Source: Caulobacter sp.
GTDB taxonomy: Bacteria > Pseudomonadota > Alphaproteobacteria > Caulobacterales > Caulobacteraceae
DNA length: 46,459 nt
Direction of reading: 5' to 3'
Assembly: GCA_044377925.1 (NCBI GenBank)
Contig: JBILYE010000001.1
Span: 1 to 46,459 of the forward strand
Below the pieces are notes generated by a model. The model saw only the letters and a program-made list of their open reading frames with translations, was not told the origin of the DNA and searched no databases. The position numbers and the translations under genes were made by a program. Shown here piece by piece: positions 18,383-27,330 of this stretch; position 1 is the first letter of the stretch; each line of letters starts with the position of its first letter.

Positions 18383-18406
18383 CTTGCCCCTGTGGAGGCC
18401 TGATTC

Positions 18407-19174
18407 ATGACCAAGCGAGCCCTCAAGCGCGTTGCCCGCGAAGGCGCCTTTGATGCCGGTCAATTCGGAGATGACAGCAAGATCCGCCGTCTTCCGGTCG
18501 GGTCAGGCTGGTCGCCACTCGGGGGACATGGGCAGGAGGACAGGGAGCAGGGCTATCTGAAGACCATAAAACCCAAGTCCGAGGGCCAGAAGGCGTTGAT
18601 GGACGCCATCGACAGCAAGAACCTCGTCATGGCGCTCGGTCCGGCCGGCACCGGCAAGACCTACATCGCCATCGCCAAGGCCGTCGAAGCCCTGGAGGCC
18701 GGCAAGGTGGGCCGCATCGTGCTCAGCCGCCCGGCGGTGGAGGCCGGCGAGTCCATCGGCTACCTGCCCGGCGACATGGAGGACAAGCTGGCGCCCTACC
18801 TGCGGCCGCTTTACGACGCCCTGTCTGACCGCCTGTCCATGAAGCGGGTCAAGGCGCTGATCGCCGAGGGCCTGATCGAGATCGCTCCGGTCGGCTACAT
18901 GCGCGGCCGCACGCTGAACAACGCCTTCGTGGTCATCGATGAAGCCCAGAACTGCACCTATGTGCAGCTCAAGATGCTGCTGACCCGGCTGGGCTGGAAC
19001 TCGACCATGGTGGTCACCGGCGATCCGGCCCAGTCGGATCTGCTGCCCACCCTGTCCGGCCTGGCCGATATTTCCGAAAAACTGGAGACGGTCGGCAACA
19101 TCTCGGTCGTCCGACTGGCCGACCGGGACATCGTGCGCCACCCGCTGGTGGCCGAGATGCTGGGCGTTATCTGA
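18407..19174 (+). CDS. phoH: PhoH family ATPase (stand-alone domain)
   Basis: GPAGTGKT Walker A, SRPAVE, YMRGRTL, DEAQN, TGDPAQSD, VRHPLV; GGAGG RBS. Confidence 0.9.
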   Translation: MTKRALKRVAREGAFDAGQFGDDSKIRRLPVGSGWSPLGGHGQEDREQGYLKTIKPKSEGQKALMDAIDSKNLVMALGPAGTGKTYIAIAKAVEALEAGKVGRIVLSRPAVEAGESIGYLPGDMEDKLAPYLRPLYDALSDRLSMKRVKALIAEGLIEIAPVGYMRGRTLNNAFVVIDEAQNCTYVQLKMLLTRLGWNSTMVVTGDPAQSDLLPTLSGLADISEKLETVGNISVVRLADRDIVRHPLVAEMLGVI

Positions 19175-19250
19175 CACCCTTTGCCGCCGCCGCGCGGCGC
19201 TGCTAAGCCTTCCTCGGGCCGCCGGTACGGCTCGAGGGGGCGTTTCAGAC

Positions 19251-19916
19251 ATGCGCAAGATTGCGGTTCTCGTCGGCCTGATGGCCATGGTCCTGTCCAC
19301 CGGACCCGCCTTTGCGGCCCCCAAGGTCAAGACCCGGCCGTTGACGCCGGCCCTGGCCAGCCAGATGAACGGCAAGGTGGTCGCCGAGACCCGTCGCGGT
19401 CCCGCCAACTTCGCGGCCCGCACGCCTGGCCGCTCCATGGCTGGGTTCGGCGGCGCGGGCCTGGCCGACGAGGCCGGCAATCGCCTGGTCGAGAGGGACA
19501 AGATCGCCGACCCCTCCCGCGCGCTGAGCGCCGAATTGACGCGCGCCCTGGTCGAGAAAACCGGCGCCCGGCTGTCGCCGACCAAGGCCTTCGCCATCGG
19601 CGACACCCCCGCCGACCTCGCCGTCTCCGGCCCGGGAGCGCAGTACGTCCTGGATGTCGGCACCGACGCCTGGGGTTTCGAGATCATCAACAAGGGCCGC
19701 TACGGCGCCTTCTACAAGGCGACGGTGCGTCTGGTGGAGGTCAGCAGCCAGACGGTGGTGATGACGGCGTCCTGCGACTGGAAGCCTTTCGGCCTGCGCA
19801 CCTTCAGCGATGAGGAGATCAAGGCGGTCGGTTCGGAAGGCGTTAAGTCACATCTGGAGGCGGCCACTCAAGCCTGCCTGACGCTGTTCAAGCGCGAGCT
19901 TTTCGGGGCGGAGTAG
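19251..19916 (+). CDS. Exported hypothetical protein
   Basis: Signal peptide ending AFA; high GC3 codon usage. Confidence 0.7.
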   Translation: MRKIAVLVGLMAMVLSTGPAFAAPKVKTRPLTPALASQMNGKVVAETRRGPANFAARTPGRSMAGFGGAGLADEAGNRLVERDKIADPSRALSAELTRALVEKTGARLSPTKAFAIGDTPADLAVSGPGAQYVLDVGTDAWGFEIINKGRYGAFYKATVRLVEVSSQTVVMTASCDWKPFGLRTFSDEEIKAVGSEGVKSHLEAATQACLTLFKRELFGAE

Positions 19917-19934
19917 AGCGCTCGGCCCTTGTGA

Positions 19935-21614
19935 CTACACCGGCTCCAGCCAGCCTCTGTAGAGAACGATCGGCCCGGTGAGCGGGTGCGAGATATCGAC
20001 GTGGAAGCGGAAGCGGCCGTCCTCCACCGTTTCCCAGGCCTCGATACGCGGGAAGAGCCAGGCCGGCAGGCCGAGCCCGAACAGCGTCCAGCGACGGGGG
20101 ATGAGACGCAGGCGGCCGTCTTCCAGCACGGGGGCCATGCCGCAGCCCATGGGGCCGAAACCCTCGACGGCCAGTGCAGCCGAGCGGCCCTGGCCGACGA
20201 ACTGCTGGCTCTTGAAGCTCTGGCTGCCGAAGGTCCGGGTCCAGGTCTCGACGCCGTTCCTGCGTTCGAAGTCGACACGGACCTGGCCGTCCTTCTGGGC
20301 GCCGGGAAAGCCGATGACGGCGGCCGCCAGCCGGGCCAGGGGATTTGAGCCGCGATCAACATCGACCCGGCCCTCGGCGGCCAGGCGCCCGCCCTCGGGC
20401 AGGTCATGCATGGCGCGGATAGCGGGCGGCAGCTCGGTCCAGGCGTTGGCCATGACCTGCTGGAAGACCGGCGCCGAGGGCGGTTGCTCGTCACGGATGC
20501 CGGTGACGATCCGCTTGCTGTCGAAAAGGCGCTGGTAATCGGCCAGAGTCACGGCCCCGGCGGCGGTGCGGGCTCCGCTGCGCGGGCGGCGGCCGTCCAG
20601 CAGGTTCAGGATGATGGCGGCGGCGGCCATCGAGGGGATGAAGGGGCCGTCGTCGCCTTCGGCGATCAGGTTCCAGCTACGGGCGGCGGCCCTGCCCTCC
20701 CCGTCCAGTCCGACGACGCGGACGAACATCCCGCCGCGGTCCTCGCCCCACTTCAGCCGGGTCTTGGCGGCGTGGAACAGGGGCGACAGCTTCACCAGCG
20801 GCAGAGGCAGGCCGAGGCTGACGATCCGCGCCAGGGCGTTCAGCATGCGGTGCAGGAGTTCGGGCCGGGGGCCGGCGCCCAGCCAGATATCGCGCAGGCC
20901 TGGCCACAGCTTCGGCAGGGCGGTCAGGTCGGGGACGTCGACCAGCGAGAAGCGGGTGCTGAACAGCGGCAGGCGGCCCGGCGGCGCGATGGTGACGTTG
21001 CGGGCCTCGACCAGGCCGGCACCCGTGGCCGGCCGTGCGTTTCGCAGCAGCGGCACCGGCTTTCCGGCATAGCTGGTGATCGCCTGCAGGACGCTGAGGC
21101 CGACGTCGGCGTGGGGTGACGGCGCGATACCGGCGCTGACCTCATGGACCGCGGTCCAGCTGTCGGTCATCTCGCCGACGGCGGCGGCGGTCAGGGCCGG
21201 GCAGGTGCTGGTCCCGCTGATGGCGAAGGCGCCCTTGTCCCTGGCGAGGGCGTCGAAGCGTTCGACCCCCAGCACGAAGTCGGTGGCGTCGGCGAGGTCG
21301 AGGTAGTCGCAGCCGCGCGTCAGGCAGGCCTCGACCAGGCGGAACGGGGCCGCGCCATAGGCCTGGAAAGGTCCGCTGCAGTCGACGACCAGGTCGGGGG
21401 TCAGCGCCGCCAGTTGCTGGACGGTGTCGCCGTCGCGGTCGAACAGGGCCGGCTCGAGAACTGCCGCGCCCGGTTGCGCCCAGCGGGCGCAGAGGGCGGC
21501 GGCCCTGGCGGCCGAGCGGCCCGCGATCAGCAGGCGCAGGCGCGGCTCGTGGGCCAACAGGCGGACCAGCCTGGCCCCGAACACCCCATAGCCGCCGACG
21601 ATAAGGACCTTCAC
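19935..21614 (-). CDS. Saccharopine-dehydrogenase-like oxidoreductase fused to a DUF4166-like domain
   Basis: GGYGVFG, DCSGPF, YLDLAD; C-terminal ETWTRTF...IVLYRGWL. Confidence 0.8.
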   Translation of the reverse strand: MKVLIVGGYGVFGARLVRLLAHEPRLRLLIAGRSAARAAALCARWAQPGAAVLEPALFDRDGDTVQQLAALTPDLVVDCSGPFQAYGAAPFRLVEACLTRGCDYLDLADATDFVLGVERFDALARDKGAFAISGTSTCPALTAAAVGEMTDSWTAVHEVSAGIAPSPHADVGLSVLQAITSYAGKPVPLLRNARPATGAGLVEARNVTIAPPGRLPLFSTRFSLVDVPDLTALPKLWPGLRDIWLGAGPRPELLHRMLNALARIVSLGLPLPLVKLSPLFHAAKTRLKWGEDRGGMFVRVVGLDGEGRAAARSWNLIAEGDDGPFIPSMAAAAIILNLLDGRRPRSGARTAAGAVTLADYQRLFDSKRIVTGIRDEQPPSAPVFQQVMANAWTELPPAIRAMHDLPEGGRLAAEGRVDVDRGSNPLARLAAAVIGFPGAQKDGQVRVDFERRNGVETWTRTFGSQSFKSQQFVGQGRSAALAVEGFGPMGCGMAPVLEDGRLRLIPRRWTLFGLGLPAWLFPRIEAWETVEDGRFRFHVDISHPLTGPIVLYRGWLEPV

Positions 21615-22066
21615 CCCAGCACCCTGTCGGCATAGGCCGGATCGGGGCGATAGCAGACGGTGCTGCGGCCGAAGATCTTCATCCGGTTGCGGGCAACCAG
21701 ATTGTAGAGGGCGTCGGCCCAGGAGCGCGGGAGCAGGCGGGCGATCCCGGCGATCTTCCAGGGCCAGCCGAGACGCTCGGCCATCCGGATCGAGCCGTCC
21801 GCCTTGAAGCGGGCGAGGCCGTTCTCGATCAGGATGTTGCTCTCATAGTCGCCCGACCCGAGCCCGTAGTGGCGATAGAGCGCCTCGCCGAGCGGCGTCT
21901 GGGCCGGCAGGAGGCGGAACTGGGCGCGCTTGTCGAGAGCCAGGATCATGCGCATGCCGGAACTGCAGAAGACGCAGTGGCCGTCAAAAACGATGATCGG
22001 CCTGTCGTCGGGAAACGACGGCACGGCAGGGTCCCGGCGATAGCTGTAGGCTTCGCGCGGGACCAA
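21611..22066 (-). CDS. DCC1-like thiol-disulfide oxidoreductase (DUF393)
   Basis: FDGHCVFC (DxxCxxC) and YNLVARNR. Confidence 0.88.
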   Translation of the reverse strand: MVPREAYSYRRDPAVPSFPDDRPIIVFDGHCVFCSSGMRMILALDKRAQFRLLPAQTPLGEALYRHYGLGSGDYESNILIENGLARFKADGSIRMAERLGWPWKIAGIARLLPRSWADALYNLVARNRMKIFGRSTVCYRPDPAYADRVLG

Positions 22067-22071
22067 ACCAG

Positions 22072-22275
22072 CTACACCAGGTCTTCCGCCAGGATGGCCA
22101 TCTCGAACATGTAGGAGCCGGCCTCATCCTCGTCTTCGTAGATGACGCCGATGAACTCACCCGCCAGCTCGACCTCGGCCGAATCCTTCTGCTTGCGGGC
22201 CTTCACGGCCACGTGCGGGTTGCCGAAGGTCCGCTTCAGGTGGGCTTCGACTTTCTTGATGGCGACGTCGTCCAC
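22072..22275 (-). CDS. DUF3126 family small protein
   Basis: KDSAEV..EFIGVI..DE..SY.FEMAIL, in the usual position downstream of cysE. Confidence 0.8.
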   Translation of the reverse strand: MDDVAIKKVEAHLKRTFGNPHVAVKARKQKDSAEVELAGEFIGVIYEDEDEAGSYMFEMAILAEDLV

Positions 22276-22350
22276 GGGAAGGCTCCGATGCAGAGGGGTA
22301 CTGATTTCGCGCGGAAACTAGCCGCGAACGGCCGCCGCGCAAGCCCTATC

Positions 22351-23181
22351 TCAGATCACGTAGTCGTAGACGATCTCTGCGAGGGTATGGTCCATCGTCC
22401 GCGCCGGCTCTTCGCAGGTCGGGCAGTTGACGAGGCGGGCCGGCACGCCGGCGGCGGTGCAGCCGGCCGGAACGGGCTTCAGCACCACCGAACCCGACGC
22501 CACCTTGGCGTAGTCGCCGATATGGATGTTGCCGAGCACCTTGGCCCCGGCGCCCAGCAGGACGCCATTGCCGATCTTGGGGTGGCGGTCGCCGCGCTCC
22601 GCGCCCGTCCCGCCGAGGGTCACCCCGTGCAGCATGGAGACGTCATTGCCGATGACAGCGGTCTCGCCGATGACGATGCCGGTGCCGTGGTCAAAGAAAA
22701 TGCCGGAACCCACCTGGGCGGCCGGGTGGATATCGACCTGGAAAATCTCGCTGGCCCGGCTCTGCAGATAGTGGGCGAGCGTCTCGCGTCCGTGGGTCCA
22801 CATCCAGTGGGAGACGCGATGGGTCTGCAGGGCCATGAAGCCCTTGAAGAACAGGAAGGGCTGGACGTAGCCCTTGCAGGCCGGATCGCGCTCGAAGACG
22901 GCCTTCAGGTCCAGTTCGGCGGCGGCGACGATCGAGGGATCGGCCTCGTAGGCTTCCTGAGCGAACTCGCGGGCGCTCATGGCGCGCAGTTCCTGGTCGG
23001 CGACCTTGCGGGCCAGCTGGAAGCTCAGGGCGTCGGCCAGACGGTCGTGCGCCAGGATGACGGAGTTGAGGAGGCTGGCCAGAGCCGGCTCGTCCCTCGA
23101 GGCGCGCTCGGCCTCATTGCGCAGGGACGCCCAGACGGGCGGCGCGACGGTCGGCTCGACCACTTCAAGATGCTTGGCCAT
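22351..23181 (-). CDS. cysE: Serine O-acetyltransferase
   Basis: RDPAC, FKGF, VDIHPAA, DHGTGIVIGETA, TLGGTG..GDRHPK. Confidence 0.95.
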   Translation of the reverse strand: MAKHLEVVEPTVAPPVWASLRNEAERASRDEPALASLLNSVILAHDRLADALSFQLARKVADQELRAMSAREFAQEAYEADPSIVAAAELDLKAVFERDPACKGYVQPFLFFKGFMALQTHRVSHWMWTHGRETLAHYLQSRASEIFQVDIHPAAQVGSGIFFDHGTGIVIGETAVIGNDVSMLHGVTLGGTGAERGDRHPKIGNGVLLGAGAKVLGNIHIGDYAKVASGSVVLKPVPAGCTAAGVPARLVNCPTCEEPARTMDHTLAEIVYDYVI

Positions 23182-23364
23182 GCTTGGCCTCCCTCAATTC
23201 CGGCGTCGCTCTAACACAAAACACCGGGGAGCGCGCGCCGGCCCTGCCCTTTGCGTCGATATGGTAACGCGCCCGGACGGTTTCCAGTGTTAATGCCATC
23301 CCCGTTGCGTCGGCCGGACGCTGGCCCTATCCCTCTGAAGGTCCGCGACGGAAGGGTGAGACCC

Positions 23365-23955
23365 ATGAAGACCATGCTGCTGAGCCTGGCCCTGACCGCC
23401 GGTGTGCTGATCGCCCCGGCCGCCTTCGCGGGCGAGGCGCCGCTGGACCGCGAGGCCCTGCGCAGCCTGGCCAAAAGCGGCGATCCCCTGTGCGGCGGCT
23501 GGCGCGGCCGCGACCAGAGCTGTGAGGACGTCGGCTTTCTGGAGCTGCTGCCGCAGGACCAGGTGCTGCATACCTATCGCTTCCGCATCAGCTTCGAGCC
23601 CGACTTTGAGGTTGTCATGCAGGAGACGGCCACCATCGAGGATGGCGCCCTGTGCAGCACCTATTCGACAGACAACCTGAAGGTCCGGGTACTGACCGAT
23701 GGCGGCGCGGCCTCGACCGAACAGTCGATGGCCATCAGCGCCATGTTCGAGAGCGCCCTGGCCGAGTACGAGGGCAAGGAAATCTGTGAAAGCTACTTCC
23801 GCGACCCCGCGACGGGCGAGCTGAGCACGGTGGTGACCATCGACGGGATCCGCGATCCCGGGCTGGAATCCAACTATCGCATCCTGACCAAGGACGACCG
23901 CATCCATCTGCGTGAGATGGACGAATCCGCTGACCCCATGCGCCAGGACGTCTGA
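23365..23955 (+). CDS. Exported hypothetical protein with four Cys
   Basis: Signal peptide MKTMLL...AFA; coding-like GC3. Confidence 0.7.
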   Translation: MKTMLLSLALTAGVLIAPAAFAGEAPLDREALRSLAKSGDPLCGGWRGRDQSCEDVGFLELLPQDQVLHTYRFRISFEPDFEVVMQETATIEDGALCSTYSTDNLKVRVLTDGGAASTEQSMAISAMFESALAEYEGKEICESYFRDPATGELSTVVTIDGIRDPGLESNYRILTKDDRIHLREMDESADPMRQDV

Positions 23956-23962
23956 CCCCATC

Positions 23963-24580
23963 GTGACCACGGCTCCCCCCTCCCCCGCGTTCGGCGAAAG
24001 CCTTCCCCAGTCGGCGTCCCAGCCGATGCTGGATTTCCTGGCCCGCCGGCGTTCGGCGTCTGCCCTCAGCCTGGCCGCGCCCGGTCCGACGGACGCCGAG
24101 CTGGCCGACCTGATACGCCTCGCGGCCCGGGCGCCGGACCATGGCAAGCTGGCCCCCTGGCGGTTCATCATCCTGGCCGGCGAGGGCAAGGCTGCCTATG
24201 CGGCCGGGCTCGAGGCCATCGCGGCGGGACGGGCGGACGCGGTCAAGCTGACCGTCAAGCTCGGCAAGCTGAAAGCCCCGCCGATGGGCATCGCCGTTGT
24301 CTCCAGCCCCAGGCCCGGCGACATCCCGGAGTGGGAACAGTTGCTGTCGGCCGGTGCGGTCTGCAGCAACCTGCTGCATGCGGCCACGGCCATGGGCTAT
24401 GGCGCCAACTGGATCACCGACTGGTACGCCTATGACAACGAGGCCCGGGCCCTGCTTGGCCTGACGGCGGACGAGAAGGTCGCCGGCTATGTGTTCATCG
24501 GCACGCAGTCCGAGCCCCCGGCCGAGCGCGTGCGGCCTGACTCCGTGGCCCTGACCAGCGTCTGGTCCCCGCACGCATGA
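23963..24580 (+). CDS. Nitroreductase (YdjA-like)
   Basis: RRRS, APDHGKLAPWRF, EWEQ, GYGANW; start (GTG 23963) uncertain. Confidence 0.85.
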   Translation: MTTAPPSPAFGESLPQSASQPMLDFLARRRSASALSLAAPGPTDAELADLIRLAARAPDHGKLAPWRFIILAGEGKAAYAAGLEAIAAGRADAVKLTVKLGKLKAPPMGIAVVSSPRPGDIPEWEQLLSAGAVCSNLLHAATAMGYGANWITDWYAYDNEARALLGLTADEKVAGYVFIGTQSEPPAERVRPDSVALTSVWSPHA

Positions 24581-24655
24581 CAGCAGTTTAACTGGCCGGC
24601 CGTCCGCGGAGCCGTTAGGTCTCCTGCACAGTTGCAAGGCCTTCAGGATATTCAA

Positions 24656-25420
24656 ATGCGCCTTCTCGCCATCGCCGCGCCGCTCACCGCCCTGGCGCTC
24701 TGCCTGCCCGCCGCCGCCTCCCAGCCGCTGCCGACCTATGACAAGGTCGGGCTGAAGTGGAAGACGCCGCCGACGGTGGTCGACATGGCCCGCCACTATC
24801 CGGTCCGCGCCAAGGCGCTGAAGATCGAGCGCGGCTCGGTCGACGTGGCCTGCGCCGCCAGGAACGACGCCGGACAGCTCGACTGCCAGGTGGTCGGCGA
24901 GTCGCCGGCCAAGGCCGGCTTCGGCGCCTCGGCGCTGGCGGTGATGAGCCGCGCCAAGGTCGAGGCGGTTGACGGCGGCGACGCCAAGGGGCGCACCTTC
25001 GGCTTCCGCCTGAAGTTCGGGACCTGGGGCGGCGCCGACCTGCCGGCCAGCTTCCAGCCGGGCCCCGGCCTGCACTGGGCGCGCTTCCCGACCATGGGCA
25101 AGTGGAGCATGTCCGGCCAGGACAGGTATGAAACCCTCACCGCCGACTTCGACTGCGTCGCCCGCGCCAGCGGCCGCCTGACCTGCACCCCGACCGGCGG
25201 CGTCGGACCGGGCAAGTTCCAGGCAGCGGCCAGCGAGGCCATGGCCAAGGCCAAGGTGATGAGCGCCAACGGCGGTCCAGTCGAGGGCCAGCGCTTCACC
25301 TGGTCGGTCTCGGTTCAGCGCCAGAACTGGTGCTCGCCGGGCCGGGAAGAAATCTTCCAGGACAGCGAAACCCCCGGCCAGATCGGCCGCTGCTTCCCGA
25401 GCCAGGTTCAGGTCCGCTAG
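24656..25420 (+). CDS. Exported protein with two TonB-C-terminal-like domains
   Basis: Signal peptide; YP.RA...G.V.V.C...G.L.C.V..ESP...GFG..A repeat plus a second degenerate copy. Confidence 0.6.
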   Translation: MRLLAIAAPLTALALCLPAAASQPLPTYDKVGLKWKTPPTVVDMARHYPVRAKALKIERGSVDVACAARNDAGQLDCQVVGESPAKAGFGASALAVMSRAKVEAVDGGDAKGRTFGFRLKFGTWGGADLPASFQPGPGLHWARFPTMGKWSMSGQDRYETLTADFDCVARASGRLTCTPTGGVGPGKFQAAASEAMAKAKVMSANGGPVEGQRFTWSVSVQRQNWCSPGREEIFQDSETPGQIGRCFPSQVQVR

Positions 25421-25650
25421 GCCCTTATCGAAGCGGACTACAGTATAACCCGAGCACGCGGGGTCGAGGCGTTGGTTTTCGGCCAAGCGCTTGAAATTCC
25501 GTGGTCGGGCCGTAGGTCCGATGCGGCGGCATGTAGCCTGCGGCGTGGGTCGACCTCTAGGTCCAAGGTCACCGGATGTAGCCGGGCCTGAGCCCGCCTC
25601 AGGCTACAGCTGTGCGGCGCGCGCAGATCGGCCAATTCGGGCCGATTTTG

Positions 25651-25666
25651 ATATGTCTAGACATAT
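25651..25666. promoter_or_regulatory. Perfect 16-bp palindrome, GntR/HutC-like operator
   Basis: ATATGTCTAGACATAT, containing GTNTANAC. Confidence 0.45.
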
Positions 25667-25711
25667 TCATGGTCCGGGCAGGCGCCCGACATGGGGCGAC
25701 CTGCCGGCGGA

Positions 25712-26167
25712 CTAACCGCGCCCGCGATACGGCGGCACACCCTGGTCCGGCAGCCACAGGCCCTCCGGCGGGGCGCCGCTCTGCCAGAAGACGTCGATCG
25801 GAATGCCGCCGCGGGGGTACCAGTAGCCGCCGATGCGCAGCCATTTCGCCTCCGCCGTCTCGAAGAAGCGTCGGCCGATGGCGATGGTGCAGTCCTCATG
25901 GAAGGCGCCGTGGTTGCGGAAGCTGGCCAGATAGAGCTTCAGGGACTTGCTCTCGATCAGCCAGTCGCCGGGCACATAGTCGATGACGATGTGGGCGAAG
26001 TCCGGCTGGCCGGTGACCGGGCACAGGGAGGTGAACTCCGGGGCCACGAAGCGGGTCAGGTAGGTGATGCCGGGCTGGGGATTGGGCACGCGCTCGAGCA
26101 CCGCGTCCTCGGGACGGCCGGGTGTTTCGGTCTGCTGGCCGAGCTGGGTGAGATGGGTCTCTTGCAT
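25712..26167 (-). CDS. queF: NADPH-dependent preQ0 reductase (type I)
   Basis: [14 protein letters not shown], QueF motif [18 protein letters not shown]. Confidence 0.95.
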   Translation of the reverse strand: MQETHLTQLGQQTETPGRPEDAVLERVPNPQPGITYLTRFVAPEFTSLCPVTGQPDFAHIVIDYVPGDWLIESKSLKLYLASFRNHGAFHEDCTIAIGRRFFETAEAKWLRIGGYWYPRGGIPIDVFWQSGAPPEGLWLPDQGVPPYRGRG

Positions 26168-26253
26168 CGGCGCGATGTAGACCTCGCCTGGCCTAGGGAC
26201 AAGGCCGCGACGGCGCGCTATCTACCGCTCAAACAATCGTTGGGAGAGAGACC

Positions 26254-27057
26254 ATGGCGGGCAAGGACTTTGACGGCTTCGTAGTCGTGGTGACGGGCGG
26301 CTCGACGGGATTGGGCCGGGCCATCGCCGTCGAGGTGGCGGAACGGGGCGCAAAAGCCGTGATCGTCAACTATGCCTCCAGCAAGGACGAGGCGGCCGAG
26401 ACGGTGCGGCTGGTCGAGGCGCTGGGTGCGCAGGGCATCCTGGCCCAGGGCGATGTCGCCGACGACGCGGCCTGCAAGGCCATCGTCGCCCACGCCGCGC
26501 CGTTCGGGAAGATCGACGCCCTGTTCAACAACGCCGGCATGACCAAGTTCGCCCCCAACCACAGCGACCTGGACGCCCTGCAGGCGGAAGACTTCACCCG
26601 GCTCTATTCGGTCAACGTGGTCGGCGCCTTCCAGATGGTTCGCGCCGCCCGCAGCCTGCTGGAATCGGCCCCGCAGCCGGGCGCGGTGGTCAACACCAGC
26701 TCCATCGCCGCCGTGACCGGCATCGGCAGCTCGGTGGCCTACGCCGCCTCCAAGGGGGCGATGACGACCATGACCCTGTCCCTGGCCCGGGCCCTGGCCC
26801 CGAAGATCCGGGTCAACGCCGTCTGCCCCGGCTTCATCGACACGCCCTGGTTCGGCAAGTCGATGCCGGACGACACGGTCGACCGCATGCGTCAGGGCGT
26901 CATTCGGTCAACGCCGCTGCAGGCCGCCTCGACCGCCGAGGACATCGCCGCCTCGACGGTGTTCCTCGCCTCCCCCGCCTCGCGCCATGTGACGGGCGAA
27001 ACCCTGCTGGTCGACGCCGGGACCCACCTGGGATTCGCCTCGCTGTCGATGCGCTGA
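26254..27057 (+). CDS. Short-chain dehydrogenase/reductase
   Basis: TGGSTGLG, NNAG, YAASK, RVNAVCPG. Confidence 0.92.
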   Translation: MAGKDFDGFVVVVTGGSTGLGRAIAVEVAERGAKAVIVNYASSKDEAAETVRLVEALGAQGILAQGDVADDAACKAIVAHAAPFGKIDALFNNAGMTKFAPNHSDLDALQAEDFTRLYSVNVVGAFQMVRAARSLLESAPQPGAVVNTSSIAAVTGIGSSVAYAASKGAMTTMTLSLARALAPKIRVNAVCPGFIDTPWFGKSMPDDTVDRMRQGVIRSTPLQAASTAEDIAASTVFLASPASRHVTGETLLVDAGTHLGFASLSMR

Positions 27058-27330
27058 AGCCACGCATCCGACCTTTATGCCACAGGGGCGTGTCCTTAAT
27101 GGCGCGTCAAATCGAGTCGTGGCACAAGCCGAGTTGCCTAAAAGTTGGGCGAAGGGCCCGAGCATCGCTCAAATCGGCGACAGGCCGCGTCAGCACGTCA
27201 TCAAGACCGCTGCCGGGGTTAGCCGCCCGGAAACCCTTCGCTCATTCTTAGCATGACTTCCGATCGAAGAGACGGGGGCGACGCGTGGGCGCTCTGGCGC
27301 ACTTCGCGCCAAACATAAAGGGGATAGACG

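Noticed and set aside
18113-18403. 96-aa ORF ending just before phoH
   Set aside because: No clear RBS, atypical codons, and it runs through a terminator. Better explained as structured RNA, although a leader peptide is not excluded.
25438-25635. 65-aa minus-strand ORF between the TonB-like gene and queF
   Set aside because: TTG start with no RBS and no protein-like features.
27120-27138. Sigma-54 promoter-like TGGCAC...TTGC
   Set aside because: The spacer is 8 nt instead of the required 5.
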